DNA of 64,000 nucleotides, taken from NCBI GenBank assembly GCA_963805235.1, contig CAWDTF010000003.1, positions 98,819 to 162,818 of the forward strand. Reading direction: 5' to 3'. Of the stretch, positions 41,374-55,884 are shown piece by piece; position 1 is the stretch's first letter, and each line of letters begins with the position of its first letter. Source of the DNA: an uncultured Solirubrobacterales bacterium (GTDB lineage Bacteria > Actinomycetota > Thermoleophilia > Solirubrobacterales > 70-9). The notes beneath the pieces are model-generated. The model was not told the DNA's origin. It made no database searches and saw only the letters and a program-made list of their open reading frames with translations. The position numbers were made by a program, and so were the translations under genes.

Positions 41374-43951
41374 TTGAGGTCCTACTACGGCCTCAGCTTG
41401 AGGCAGCTTCGAACCCGGCGCCTGCGCCTCCTGCTGACGGCAGCCGGGATCGTGCTCGGCGTCGGGATGATCTGCGGCGTCCTGCTGCTGGCCGGGACGA
41501 TCCAGCGGACCTTCACCGACCTCTACGACTCGGTCTACGGCGAGGCCGACCTGGTGCTCTCGGGCGCGCAGTCAACCGGGACGCTGGCCCCCTCGGCGCT
41601 CGAGCGGGCGCGATCGATCGAAGGGGTCGAGAGCGCCAGCGGCAGCGTCTTCGCCGTGCTCTCGCAGGTGGGGGCGGACGGCGAGGTCACCGACGCGGGC
41701 GTGCTCAACACGTCGGGGATCGACCCGGCCGAGGGCGACGTGACCGACTCACGGCTGACGGCGGGGCGGGAGATCCGCGGCGGCCGCGAGATCGAGGTCG
41801 AGCAGACCTGGGCCGACGCAAGCGGGGTCGAGGTGGGGGACAGGCTGCGGCTCGCGGCCCCGGCGGGCCTCGTCAGGTTCGAGGTGGTCGGGCTCTTCCG
41901 CTTCTCCAGCGGGCTCGACTTCGGCGGCGAGGGCTTCGCGCAGATGCCGCTCGACGAGGCCCGCCGGGCATTCGACCGCCGCCGCGGCTACGACGAGATC
42001 GAGGTGGTGGTCGCGCGCGACGACGAGGGGGCGCTGAGAGCGACCCAGGAGCGGCTGCGTCTCGAGCTGGGGCGGGGGGTGGACGTCAAGACCCCCGAGG
42101 CGAAGGGCGAGGAGATCCAGGAGCAGGTTCAGGCGCTGAACATCGTCCTCTACTTCTTCGCCGGCATGGCGCTGTTCGTCGGCGGCTTCCTGATCTTCAA
42201 CAGCTTCAACATGACGGTGCTCCAGCGCATGCGCGAGATCGGTATGCAGCGCACCCTCGGCGCCACCCGGCCGATGATCGTGCGCTCGGTCCTGCTCGAG
42301 GCCGGAGCGATGGGGCTGGTCGGAGCGCCCCTGGGCCTGGGGCTCGGACTGGCGCTGGCCGTGGCCCTGATCGCGCTGATGCGCGAGGTCGGCTTCCCGG
42401 TCGGCGACCTGCGCCTGACCTGGATCGCCTTCGCCGCCGCGGTTGCGACCGGGCTGGTCACCGCCCTGCTGGGGGCGCTCAACCCGGCGCGCCGCGCCGG
42501 CCGGATCGCGCCGATCCGCGCCGTGCTCGGCTCCGAGGGGGTACGGACGCGCCCGCGGCCGGCGCGGGCGCTCGCCGGCGCCCTGCTGATCGCGCCGGGC
42601 CTTGCCGGGGCGTTCCTGCTCGGCGCGGCCGACGAGACGACCACGCCCGTGATCGCCGCCGGGATCGCGGGGACGATCGCGATCTTCTTCGGGATCGCGC
42701 TGGTCGCGCCGTTCCTGATCTCGCCCCTGACCCGGGTGCTCTCGTGGCCGGTGCGGCGCCTGGCGCCGGTCGAGGGCCGGCTCGCCGCTGACTCGGCCCG
42801 CTCGAATCCCGCGCGCACCGCCGCGACCGCGACCGCCCTGATGATCGGGCTCGCCCTCGTCGTCGGCATCAACAGCCTCGGGTCCAGCTTCCTCGGCTCG
42901 ATCGAGCGCGAGTTCGACGAGAGCTTCGCCCGCGACCTGACGGTGCAGCCGCAGGGCCTTTCGCCCGGCCAGGGGCCGCAGCAGACGATCGCGAAGGGAG
43001 TCGAGAGGCGGATCGAGCGGATCCCGGAGGCCGAGGTCGTGACCCCGGAGAGACTGGTGGCCGTCCCGGAGCTGCCGCGGCTGGAGGGGCGCGAGGATGC
43101 GACGCAGGGCCTCCTGTTCGGCTTCGACCCGGCCGAGTACCCCGCCGTGGACACGACCGGCTTCGACTCCGGAGGCGCGAGCCGCGCGGAGGTCTACGAG
43201 CGAGCTCGGGCGGGGGGAGGTCACGGTCGGCAGGGGCTACGCCGACGAGGCCGGGATCGAGGTCGGCGACACCATGGTCCTCGAGGGTCCCTCGGGCACC
43301 CGGCGCGCCCGGGTGGCGGCGATCGTGGACACCGTGTTCGCGGGCGGCCAGACCGTCGGCATGTCGCTGGGGACGATCGAGGCGGCCTACGGCGTCAACG
43401 CCGACTCCCAGCTCGCGCTCAAGGCGAGATCGGACGAGGATCGCGGCGCCCTCGAGGACGAGGTGCAGGCGCTGGTCGAGCGCGAGTACCCCAACCTCGC
43501 CGTCCTGTCCAACGACGAGCTGAAGTCCGAGATCTCCGATCAGCTCAACCAGGCCTTCGGCATCTTCAACGCGCTGGTCGGCGTCGCGATCTTCGTCAGC
43601 CTCTTCGGGGTCATCAACACCCTCTCGATGTCGGTGATCGAGCGCACTCGCGAGATCGGCGTGCTGCGCGCCCTCGGCTCCACCCGCTGGCAGATCCGCC
43701 GCACGATCGCCGACGAGAGCCTCGTGATCGCCCTGATCGGCGCTGCTATGGGCATCGCGATCGGCGCCGGCCTCGGCTGGGCGCTGCTCAAGGGCCTCTC
43801 CTTCGGCATCCCCGGCGTCGCCTACACGCCCCCGCTCGCCACCATGGCCGGCGTCGCCGTCGCGGCGATCATCCTCGGCCTGATCGCCGCGATCCTCCCG
43901 GCCCGCCGCGCCGCCCGCCTCGACGTGGTCGAGGCGCTGAGCTACGAGTAG
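41374..43951 (+). CDS. ABC transporter permease with two FtsX/MacB-type domains; one apparent 1-nt insertion near 43201
   Basis: TTG after GAGGAGGCGGGG. First FtsX module in ORF 41374-. The sense continues ...VYE/ELGRGEVTVGRGYADE... and the second FtsX module lies in ORF 43097..43951. Confidence 0.85.
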
Positions 43952-44000
43952 GTCGAGGCCCCGAGCTACGAGAGCTGCGAGACACCGAGCCGGAGCGGGC

Positions 44001-44415
44001 CTACTCGAGCCCCGGGCGGCGGCGCTCGGCCTTGCGCTGCGACGGTGCGGCGCTTCTGGTCGAGCCGGCGCTCCTTCGCGGCGCGCCCCGGGCGGGTGGG
44101 CCGGCGGCGCTTCGGCCGGCGCCAGCCCCGCCGCGAGCTTCTCGGCGAGGCGCTCCAGCGCCAGCTCGCGGTTCCGGGCCTGGCTGCGGGCGTCCTGGGC
44201 GACGGCGCTGACGCGCTCGCCCAGCCGCTCGGTGAGCAGGCGCCGGTCGGCCTCGCCGAGCGCCTCGAGGCGCCGACGTCGAAGACGGCCTCGATCCGCG
44301 AGGCGGTCACGTTCGCGTGCTGGCCGCCCGGGCCGGAGGAGCGGCTGGCGCGCAGCTCGATCTCCGCCAGCGGGATCGCCACGCGCTCGTTCACCCGCAG
44401 CTCGTCGGTCATCAC
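44001..44415 (-). CDS. arfB: Alternative ribosome-rescue factor ArfB (GGQ peptidyl-tRNA hydrolase); three apparent indels
   Basis: [23 protein letters not shown]. The middle (LGEADRRLLTERLGERVSAVAQDARSQARNRELALERL) is only in an alternate frame. Basic tail PKRRRPTRPGRAAKERRLDQKRR. Inferred stop TAG 44001. Confidence 0.8.
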
Positions 44416-44487
44416 GCCACGGTAGAGCGAGCGGGACCGATTGTGGTCGCTATGGCGACCACAAAGCGAACCGGCGGTTGCCGGCGC

Positions 44488-45157
44488 TCAGCGCACCGCG
44501 TGGACCCGGACGTGCTCGGGCACGCCCTTGGCGTCCAGGAGCTCGCGACTCCTTGCTGCGCGGCTTGCGCTCCAGCGCCTCCAGGGCCGCGTCGGAGAGC
44601 AGCAGCTCGCCGGGGCCGGCCGCCTCGGCCACGCGGGCGGCGATATTGACGTCGACGCCGAAGTAGTCCTTGCCGACCTTGCTGGGGCGGCCGACGTGGA
44701 TGCCGGCGCGGATACGGGGCTCGTAGCCGTCGGCTTCGACCTCGGCCAGGCGCTCGCGGCCCTCCCGCAGGGCGGCGAGCGCATCCTCGGCGCTCTTGAA
44801 GACGGCCATCATCCCGTCGCCGAGGCGCTTCACGACGTCGCCGCCGTGGTCTGCCACGGGCGGCTCGATCGCGACGCTGACGTCGCGCAGCAGCTCGATC
44901 GCCGCCTCGTCGCCCGCCTCCAGGGCCCAGTCCGAGAAGTCCACGAGGTCGGTGAAGGCGATCGCCAGCTCGGTGCGGCCGCGGCCGCGGCCCTGCGCCT
45001 CGGAGATCGCCTTCCAGACCTGGAGCGCGCCGAGCCCGGTCTCGCCGAGCACGCCGGGCCGCTCGCTGGTCAGGTCGGACATCACCTTCCCGAGAGCTCG
45101 AGGCTGGCCCGCGCCGAGCGCCTGGCGTCGCGCGACCCGCTCGTCGCCCGGCAGCAC
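44488..45157 (-). CDS. Class III adenylate/guanylate cyclase; 3' frame break near 44545; true 5' end may lie upstream (to about 45336)
   Basis: AFTDLVDFS, RLGDGMMAVF, RAGIHVGRP, GVDVNIAARV. The C-terminus RELLDAKGVPEHVRVHAVR lies in the frame of ORF 44488..44784. Confidence 0.8.
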
Positions 45158-45332
45158 CTTGCGCAGCGCCCTGGATGATCGCGAGCAGGCGCGGGTCCCG
45201 GTTGAGCTTGCGGCCGGTGGCGGCGAGCTGCTCGCCGGCCGCCAGCAGGCGGTCGGCCTGCTCCTCCGCCTTCGCCTTGCTCGCGCAGCCCTTCTGCCCG
45301 GCCCCCTTGCGGCCGCTCCGCTTGCGCGCGGC

Positions 45333-46141
45333 TCACTCGTCCTCGCCCCCCTGCATGCGCGAGATCTCCTCGCCGAAGGCCTTCTCGACGGCGTCGCTCA
45401 TCGCCAGGCCGAAGATCGAGATCACGGCCTCGCCGGCGAGCGGCCGCAGGCGCTCGAGCGAGTCGCGGACCTCGCGGCCACTCCTTCTCCGGGCGCCCGG
45501 CCTTGTCGAAGGGCTCCCAGACCTCCTTCAGGAACAGCTCCGCGAAGGCCCGGGCGATCGCGTCGGCGTGCTTGCGGATCAGCGTCCCGACCTCGATCGC
45601 GGAGCTCGGCGCGATGCCGAGGCGGAACAGCTCCTCGCGGACGGCGGCGAGGCGGGGGCTCAGCTCCTCGTAGCGGCCATCGCCGAGCGGATGCAGGAAG
45701 CCGATCGCGAGCGCGTTCTCGAGCATCGCCCGGAGCTCCTCGGGGCCGGCTCCGCCGAACGGCTTGGCGAGCTCCTCGGCGGTGACGATGCGCGGGCCGC
45801 TCGGCGACGAAGGGCTCGCGCAGCGCGCGGGTGAAGCGCAGGACCTCCTCGCTGGAGTCGCTCGGAGCTCGTCGAGGAGCTTGCTGATCGCCTCGAGGTT
45901 GAAGCCGTCGGACTGCATCTCCTTGATCAGCTCGAGCCGCGCGACGTGATCGGGCCCGTAGTACCCGACGCGCCCGCGCACCTCCGGAGGGGGGAGGAGG
46001 CCGCGCGACTGGTGGGCGCGGATGTTGCGCGCCGTCATCCCCGTCTTGCGGGCGAGGCGGTCGATGGTGAGCTCCGCGTCGCTGCCGGAGCGGGAACGCC
46101 GGGGAGAGCGCTTGCGGGTGGCCTTTCGCTTTGGCGGGCAC
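45333..46141 (-). CDS. MerR-family transcriptional regulator; about 4 apparent indels
   Basis: GTG 46141. HTH LTIDRLARKTGMTARNIRAHQSRGLLPPP...YYGPDHVARLELIKEMQ. The C-terminal sense (…REVRDSLERLRPLAGEAVISIFGLAMSDAVEKAFGEEISRMQGGEDE) appears only after frame changes. Confidence 0.7.
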
Positions 46142-46147
46142 GGCTTG

Positions 46148-46153
46148 ATTCTA
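46148..46153 (-). promoter_or_regulatory. -10-like hexamer TAGAAT 6 nt upstream of the MerR GTG (leaderless candidate)
   Basis: Read on the minus strand in an AT-rich patch (46141-46200). No SD. Confidence 0.35.
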
Positions 46154-46230
46154 CGCGTACCTATGTGACATCAAATAGTGTAACGTTGAGTGATGCAAGC
46201 GTCTGACAGGGCCCACGACCACGTGAGGTG

Positions 46231-48176
46231 ATGCAAATGCTCGAGCAGCTTCCGCTGCATGGCCGCCGAGCCCTCCGCCGGGGGGCCGCGAGCTCGGCCA
46301 GGTCTTCCTCGCAACCTTCCTGATCACGGCGGGCCTACGCGGCCCTGGCGATCCTGGGCTGCGCCATCGCAGCGGCAAGGGGAGGGCGCTCGCGCGCGCG
46401 GCCGGCGCCGTCGCGCCGCGTCAGCGACTTGCCCGGCTGGGCGGCCCTTCCGATCGGGCTCGCGACGATCTCCCTGATCGTCGCCCTGGTGGGGATGTAC
46501 TGGGACATCTCGATCCATATCGACGAGGGGCGCGACGCCGGCCCGCTCGCCAACATCGCCCACTATCCGATCCTGCTCGGCCTGATGGGGATCTTCGCCT
46601 CCGGCTGGCTCGCGATCCTCCTGCCCGGCTCCGACGAGCGGCCGGGGCCGGCCGCGATCCGCCTCGCGCGCAACTGGCACGCACCGGTCGGGCGGCATCC
46701 TGATCTTCCTCTGCGGCGGCTTCTCCCTCGTCGCCTTTCCCGCTCGACGACGTCTGGCACCGCATCTTCGGGCAGGACGTGACGCTCTGGGGGCCGACCC
46801 ACCTGATGCTGCTCGGCGGCGCCGTGATGACCCTCGTCGGCCAGGCGGTCCTGCTCACCGAAGCGCGGTGGTCGCGCCGCGCGGCCACGCCGGAGGGCGA
46901 GAACGCCAGGATGCGGTCGCCGAGGCTCGGTGACCTCCCGGCGACCCTGCGGCGGATCGGGATCGGCGGCGGCCTGCTGATCGGCGTCTCCGTCTACCAG
47001 GCGGAGTTCGACTTCGGCGTGCCCCAGTTCCGCGCGGTCTTCGAGCCGGCGATGCTCGCCCTCGGCGCCGGGCTTCGCGCTCACCGCCGCGAGGATCTGG
47101 ATCGGCCGCGGGCGGCGCGCTCGCCGCGGTCCTCTTCTACCCGTCGTCCGCGGGGGCGTCAGCGTGTTCGTCGGGCCGCTGCATCGGCGAGACGACGCCG
47201 ATGCTGCCGCTGTACCTGGTCGAGGCGCTGGCGATCGAGGGCTGGCGCTGGCGCTGGGCACCAACCGGGCGCTGCGCTTCGGCGCGCTCGCCGGCCTCGT
47301 CGCCGGGACCGCCGGCTTCGCCGCGCAGTGGGCCTGGTCGCAGCTCGTGATGCCGATCCCGTGGACCGAGGACATCCTCCCCGAGGGCGTCCTGATGGCG
47401 ATCGCGGCCGGCACGGCGGGCGGGGTCCTGCGGCGCGTTGCTCGGCGTCCGGACTGCGCGGGGACCTGCCCGCGCGGCCGGTCGCCCGCGCCGCCTTCGC
47501 CGTCTCGATGCTGGTGCTCTGCGCGGGGATCGCGAACGGCCTGATCACGCAGGAGCCCCGCGGCGCCCAGGCCTCGGTCACGGTGACCGAGACCCGTGCC
47601 GGAGCCGAGCGCGAGGGCGAGCTCGCCGTTCGCTTCTCTCCAGAGGACTTCGCGGACGGCGCCTCCTGGGCGAACATCACCTCCTGGCAGGGCGGCGGCC
47701 TCGAGCTGACCGACCTGGAGAAGCAGGAGGACGGCGTCTGGCGCACCGACGGCGCCGTCCCGCTGGGCGGCGATTGGAAGTCCATCCTGCGTGTGCACGA
47801 CGGTCGCGAGCTCACCGCGGTGCCCGTGTGGATGCCGGAGGACGCGGCGATCCCCGCGCCGGAGGTCCCGGCCGACCCCAGCTTCACCCGCGCGGTCACC
47901 ACCGACAAGGCCGTGCTCCAGCGCGAGGTCAAGGACGACGTGCCCGGCTGGATCTGGGGCCTGGCCGAGGGGTTCGTCGGCTTCCTCTACCTCGGCTTCC
48001 TGACCACGCTCGCATGGGGCGTCGGGCGCGTCGGCCGCGCGAAGGCGGGGGAGCCGCCCGCGCTGCTCGCGGAGCGCGAGAGCTCCGAGCGGGCTCCCGC
48101 TCGCCCGAGCGCCCCGCCCGCCCGCCCGCGAATCGCCTGGGCGCGGCCGCGCTCTGCGCGAGACGGCGCTCGCTAG
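46231..48176 (+). CDS. Large polytopic membrane protein of unknown function; about 8-10 apparent single-base frame breaks
   Basis: Coherent TM/loop sense hops between frames: [45 protein letters not shown]; [15 protein letters not shown]; [26 protein letters not shown]; ...[17 protein letters not shown]...; C-terminal soluble domain plus TM. Confidence 0.55.
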
Positions 48177-48220
48177 CCTGTGGTCGCCCGGCTCACAGCT
48201 TCCGACAGGAGAGACCCAGG

Positions 48221-49701
<1,481 letters not shown>

Positions 49702-49702
<1 letters not shown>

Positions 49703-49731
49703 TGCCCCGCGGACGTTCCCGGACGGGGCAC
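49702..49731 (+). terminator. GC hairpin immediately after the ahcY stop (8-bp stem, 14-nt loop, no T tail)
   Basis: GTGCCCCG ... CGGGGCAC read directly. Confidence 0.4.
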
Positions 49732-49768
49732 CAGGCGTCCGCGCCGCACCGCGCGTGAGGGCTACACG

Positions 49769-50800
49769 ATGAGGGCGATGCTGCTGGCCGCCGGCCTCGG
49801 GAAGCGGCTGCGCCCGCTGACCCGGCTGATGCCGAAGCCGATGGCCCCGGTGCTGAACCGCCCGGTGATGGAGCACATCGTCCGCCTGCTCGCGGCCCAC
49901 GGCTTCGAGCAGGTGATCACGAACGTCTCCTACCTGCCGCAGCAGATCCGCGATCACTTCGGCGACGGCTCCGCGTTCGGGATCGAGCTCGCGTACAGCG
50001 AGGAGCCGGAACCGCTCGGTACGGCCGGCGGGGTCGGCAAGGTGCGCGACTACCTGTCGGCAGAGGAGTCCTTCCTGGTCATCTCGGGGGACGCCCTCAC
50101 CGACATCGACCTCTCCGCCATGCGAGCCGCGCACGAGGCGGGCGACGGCATCGCCACGCTCGCGACCAAACGGGTCTCGGACACCACCCAGTTCGGCGTG
50201 GCCATCACCGACGAGGACGGGCGGATCCAGGGCTTCCAGGAGAAGCCGCCGGCCACAGAGGCGCTCTCCGACCTCGCGAACTGTGGGATCTACATGTTCC
50301 GCAGGGAGATCTTCGACCACTTCCCCGGCCCCGGCCACCACAGCCCCGCGGGCGACGACGACCAGCCCGAGGGGTTCGTGGACTGGGCGATGGACGTCTT
50401 CCCGGCGCTGCTCGCCGACGACATCCCCTTCCACTCGCACGAGATCGACGCCTACTGGAACGACATCGGCTCGATCGGCGAGTACACGCAGGGCAACTTC
50501 GACGCGCTCACGGGCGCGCTCGAGCTGCAAGGCCACACCAAGGTCGGCGACGGTGTCTACGCGGACGAGGGCTCCGACCTCAAGGCCGTCAAGGCGACCC
50601 CGCCGCTGCTGGTCGGCCGCGGCGCCGAGGTCGGGGCGAACGCCGAGCTCCACGGCCCTGTGGTGGTCGGCGACGGCGCCCGGATCGGCGCCGGGTCGAT
50701 GCTGCGCGAGTGCGTCGTCCTCCCGGGCGCCGAGCTGGGCCCCGGCTCCGTCGTGCATGGCGGCGTGGTCGGCACGACTCCCGACCGCCCGCTGGGCTGA
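49769..50800 (+). CDS. NDP-sugar pyrophosphorylase paralogue with a left-handed beta-helix
   Basis: AMLLAAGLGKRLRPLT, GTAGGV, YWNDIGS blocks. Second such gene in the window. Confidence 0.85.
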   Translation: MRAMLLAAGLGKRLRPLTRLMPKPMAPVLNRPVMEHIVRLLAAHGFEQVITNVSYLPQQIRDHFGDGSAFGIELAYSEEPEPLGTAGGVGKVRDYLSAEESFLVISGDALTDIDLSAMRAAHEAGDGIATLATKRVSDTTQFGVAITDEDGRIQGFQEKPPATEALSDLANCGIYMFRREIFDHFPGPGHHSPAGDDDQPEGFVDWAMDVFPALLADDIPFHSHEIDAYWNDIGSIGEYTQGNFDALTGALELQGHTKVGDGVYADEGSDLKAVKATPPLLVGRGAEVGANAELHGPVVVGDGARIGAGSMLRECVVLPGAELGPGSVVHGGVVGTTPDRPLG

Positions 50801-50893
50801 GCACGGCGAGCCCCGCGCTCGCCACATCTCGGCGCGCCTTTCGTCACCGGAGCGACCCCCTCTCACGACACGCGTGACGGGGCACGCGGCAGC

Positions 50894-51550
50894 GTGACGC
50901 CGTGCTCGAACCGCTGCTCCGGGAGCTTCGCTCGCGCGGCGAGCGCGGTCGCGCCGCCGCGCTGCGCCGCCTGCGAGGGCGGCTGCGAGAGCGCCGAGCT
51001 CGTCTGCGCGGCCTGCGCCGCGGCCATCGCCGCCGAGCCGATCAGGGCGCCGGGGCCTCCCGGCGTGGAGCTGGCCGTGGCCGCTGGCCCGTACGTGGGC
51101 GCCGTCCGCGAGCTGGCGCATGCACTCAAGTTCGGCCGCCGCGTCGCCCTGGCCGCCGTCGCCGCGGACGCCATCCTCGCGGCCTGCCGTCGCGAGGAGC
51201 CCGCGCTCTCCGAGTCGGGCGTGCTCGTCCCGGTGCCCCCGGCGCGACACCGGCGCGCCTGGAGGGGATTCGACCCGGCCGAGGAGATCGCGCTGGCGCT
51301 CGCGGCGCGCAGCGGCATGGCGCTGCGGCGCTGCCTGCGCCGGGGAGCGGGCCCACGCCAGGTGGGTCGCGCCCGCGAGCAGAGACTGGGAGATCCGCCG
51401 CGGATCGCGGCGCGCGGCCGCGCCCCGCAGTGGGCGGTGCTCGTGGACGACGTGCACACGACCGGCGCCACCCTCGGCGCCTGTGCCGCCGCGCTGCGCG
51501 CAGCCGGGTCGGTGCGCGTCACCGCCCTCACCTTCGCGCGCTCGCGCTGA
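50894..51550 (+). CDS. comF: ComF-family phosphoribosyltransferase-like protein
   Basis: N-terminal Cys pairs (CAAC ... CAAC) and PRTase loop VLVDDVHTTGATL. Classical comF-hpf-secA order. Confidence 0.8.
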   Translation: MTPCSNRCSGSFARAASAVAPPRCAACEGGCESAELVCAACAAAIAAEPIRAPGPPGVELAVAAGPYVGAVRELAHALKFGRRVALAAVAADAILAACRREEPALSESGVLVPVPPARHRRAWRGFDPAEEIALALAARSGMALRRCLRRGAGPRQVGRAREQRLGDPPRIAARGRAPQWAVLVDDVHTTGATLGACAAALRAAGSVRVTALTFARSR

Positions 51551-51623
51551 GGAAAGGATCCATAAGATCAGTCGAGAGCTTCCGCCCGCGGTCCGCGGGC
51601 ACCCGGAGAGCGAGAGGAGCATC

Positions 51624-51986
51624 GTGAGGATCGACATCCGCGGCAGGAACGTCGAGGTGACAGACGAGCTGCGCGAGGCCGTGACCAGCCGGTTCGCCCG
51701 CGTCGGTCAGCAGGTGGCGTCCCAGGCGACTCTCGAGGTCGAGTTGAGCGAGGAGCGCAATCCCCGCATCGCCGACAAGATGGTGGCCGAGGCGACGCTC
51801 CGCCTGAAGGGCGTGACGCTCCGCGCCAAGGAGGCTTCCCCGGAGATGCTCCACTCGATCCACGAGCTGGCCGAGGACATCCGCCGCCAGGTCAAGAAGC
51901 ACCGTGAGAAGCGGCGCAAGCGCAGCCAGACCCGCCGCATGATGGACCGCCTGCGAGGCCGCGGCAGCGGCGAGGCCCAGACGTAG
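51624..51986 (+). CDS. hpf: Ribosome hibernation factor, short form (RaiA/HPF N-domain + basic tail)
   Basis: GTG after GAGAGGAG. IDIRGRNVEVTDELREAV... S30AE fold pattern. No long-HPF C-domain before secA. Confidence 0.85.
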   Translation: MRIDIRGRNVEVTDELREAVTSRFARVGQQVASQATLEVELSEERNPRIADKMVAEATLRLKGVTLRAKEASPEMLHSIHELAEDIRRQVKKHREKRRKRSQTRRMMDRLRGRGSGEAQT

Positions 51987-52048
51987 ACCCCGCGACACCC
52001 GTACGTCAGCCTCCCGGCCATCCGGACCCCCGTTGCTAGGCTGACCCC

Positions 52049-54895
<2,847 letters not shown>

Positions 54896-54990
54896 CGGCC
54901 CGGGCGTAGCCGCGGCCCGCACCGCCGGCAGGAAGGAGGCGCCGCCCCGGCCGGGGGGCGAACCAGCGCGATCGCGCACTTAGTCGCGGT

Positions 54991-55818
54991 ATGCGCGACA
55001 AACCACGCGATTCCGCGGTGGCACGACTTGCCGCTGGGCAGCTTGGTCTGATCACGGCTGCGCAGCTTCGCGCGGCCGGGGTAGACGCCGACGCCACCGC
55101 TCGGCGCGTGCGCGCCGGGCGCCTGCACCGCCTCCACCGCGGCGTCTATGCCGTCGGACACCCCCGCGTCAGCCTCGAAGCGCGATGTCTCGCCGCCGCT
55201 CTCGCCTGTGGCAGGAGAGCCGTCGTAAGCCACGCAAGTGCCGCGTACCTCTGGGGGCTCCTCCCGTCGCTGCCTTTCCCGATCGACGTCACGGTCCCGG
55301 GTCACGGTGGGCGCGGGACTCGCCGCGGCATCCGGGCCCATGCCTCGTCGCTGCTTGATCGAGGGCAGGTGACCACGCGCGGGCTCATCCCGCTCACTCG
55401 TCCCGCGCGGACCCTGCGCGATCTCAAGCGGACGGCCGAGCGCGAGGTCCACCTCCGGGCGGCGCGGCGCGCGATCGACCTTCGCCTGATCGAGCCGGGC
55501 GGCTCGACTGCCGAGGAGCTCACCCGCAGCGAGCTCGAGCGGCGCTTCCTCGCCCTTTGCCGCCGCCATCGCCTACGGGCGCCGGAGGTGAACGCCCGCG
55601 TCGGGTCCTACGAGGTCGACTTCCTCTGGCGCGACTGGGCCGTGGTCGCCGAGACCGACGGCTTCCGCTTCCACGGCGACCGCGAGTCTTTCGAGGCCGA
55701 CCGCGCCCGGGACGCGGCCCTCCAGTCGCTTGGCTTCCGGGTCCTGCGCTTCACCTACCGGCAGGTGGCCGAGTCGCCGCGAGACGTCGCAGCGGCCCTC
55801 CGCCGCGTGCTGGGCTGA
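54991..55818 (+). CDS. AbiEi_4-like N-domain + DUF559 (Vsr-like endonuclease fold) protein
   Basis: GLITAAQLRAAGV...RLHRLHRGVYAV N-terminus. C-terminus EVDFLWRDWAVVAETDGFRFHGDRESFEADRARDAALQSLGFRVLRFT. Confidence 0.75.
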   Translation: MRDKPRDSAVARLAAGQLGLITAAQLRAAGVDADATARRVRAGRLHRLHRGVYAVGHPRVSLEARCLAAALACGRRAVVSHASAAYLWGLLPSLPFPIDVTVPGHGGRGTRRGIRAHASSLLDRGQVTTRGLIPLTRPARTLRDLKRTAEREVHLRAARRAIDLRLIEPGGSTAEELTRSELERRFLALCRRHRLRAPEVNARVGSYEVDFLWRDWAVVAETDGFRFHGDRESFEADRARDAALQSLGFRVLRFTYRQVAESPRDVAAALRRVLG

Positions 55819-55884
55819 TCCTCGTTGGTCGCCGCCCGAGCCGGTGAGCAGGACGGTCTGGCCGTTCAGGCCCAAATGCCGAGC

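Noticed and set aside
48121-48220. SAH riboswitch upstream of ahcY
   Set aside because: Only 44 nt lie between the upstream stop and the ahcY ATG. Pieces resembling conserved SAH-element strings (GACGGCGCTC, GGCTCA) occur in the wrong order, and I cannot fold the pseudoknot. A covariance-model scan (Rfam SAH_riboswitch) would settle it.
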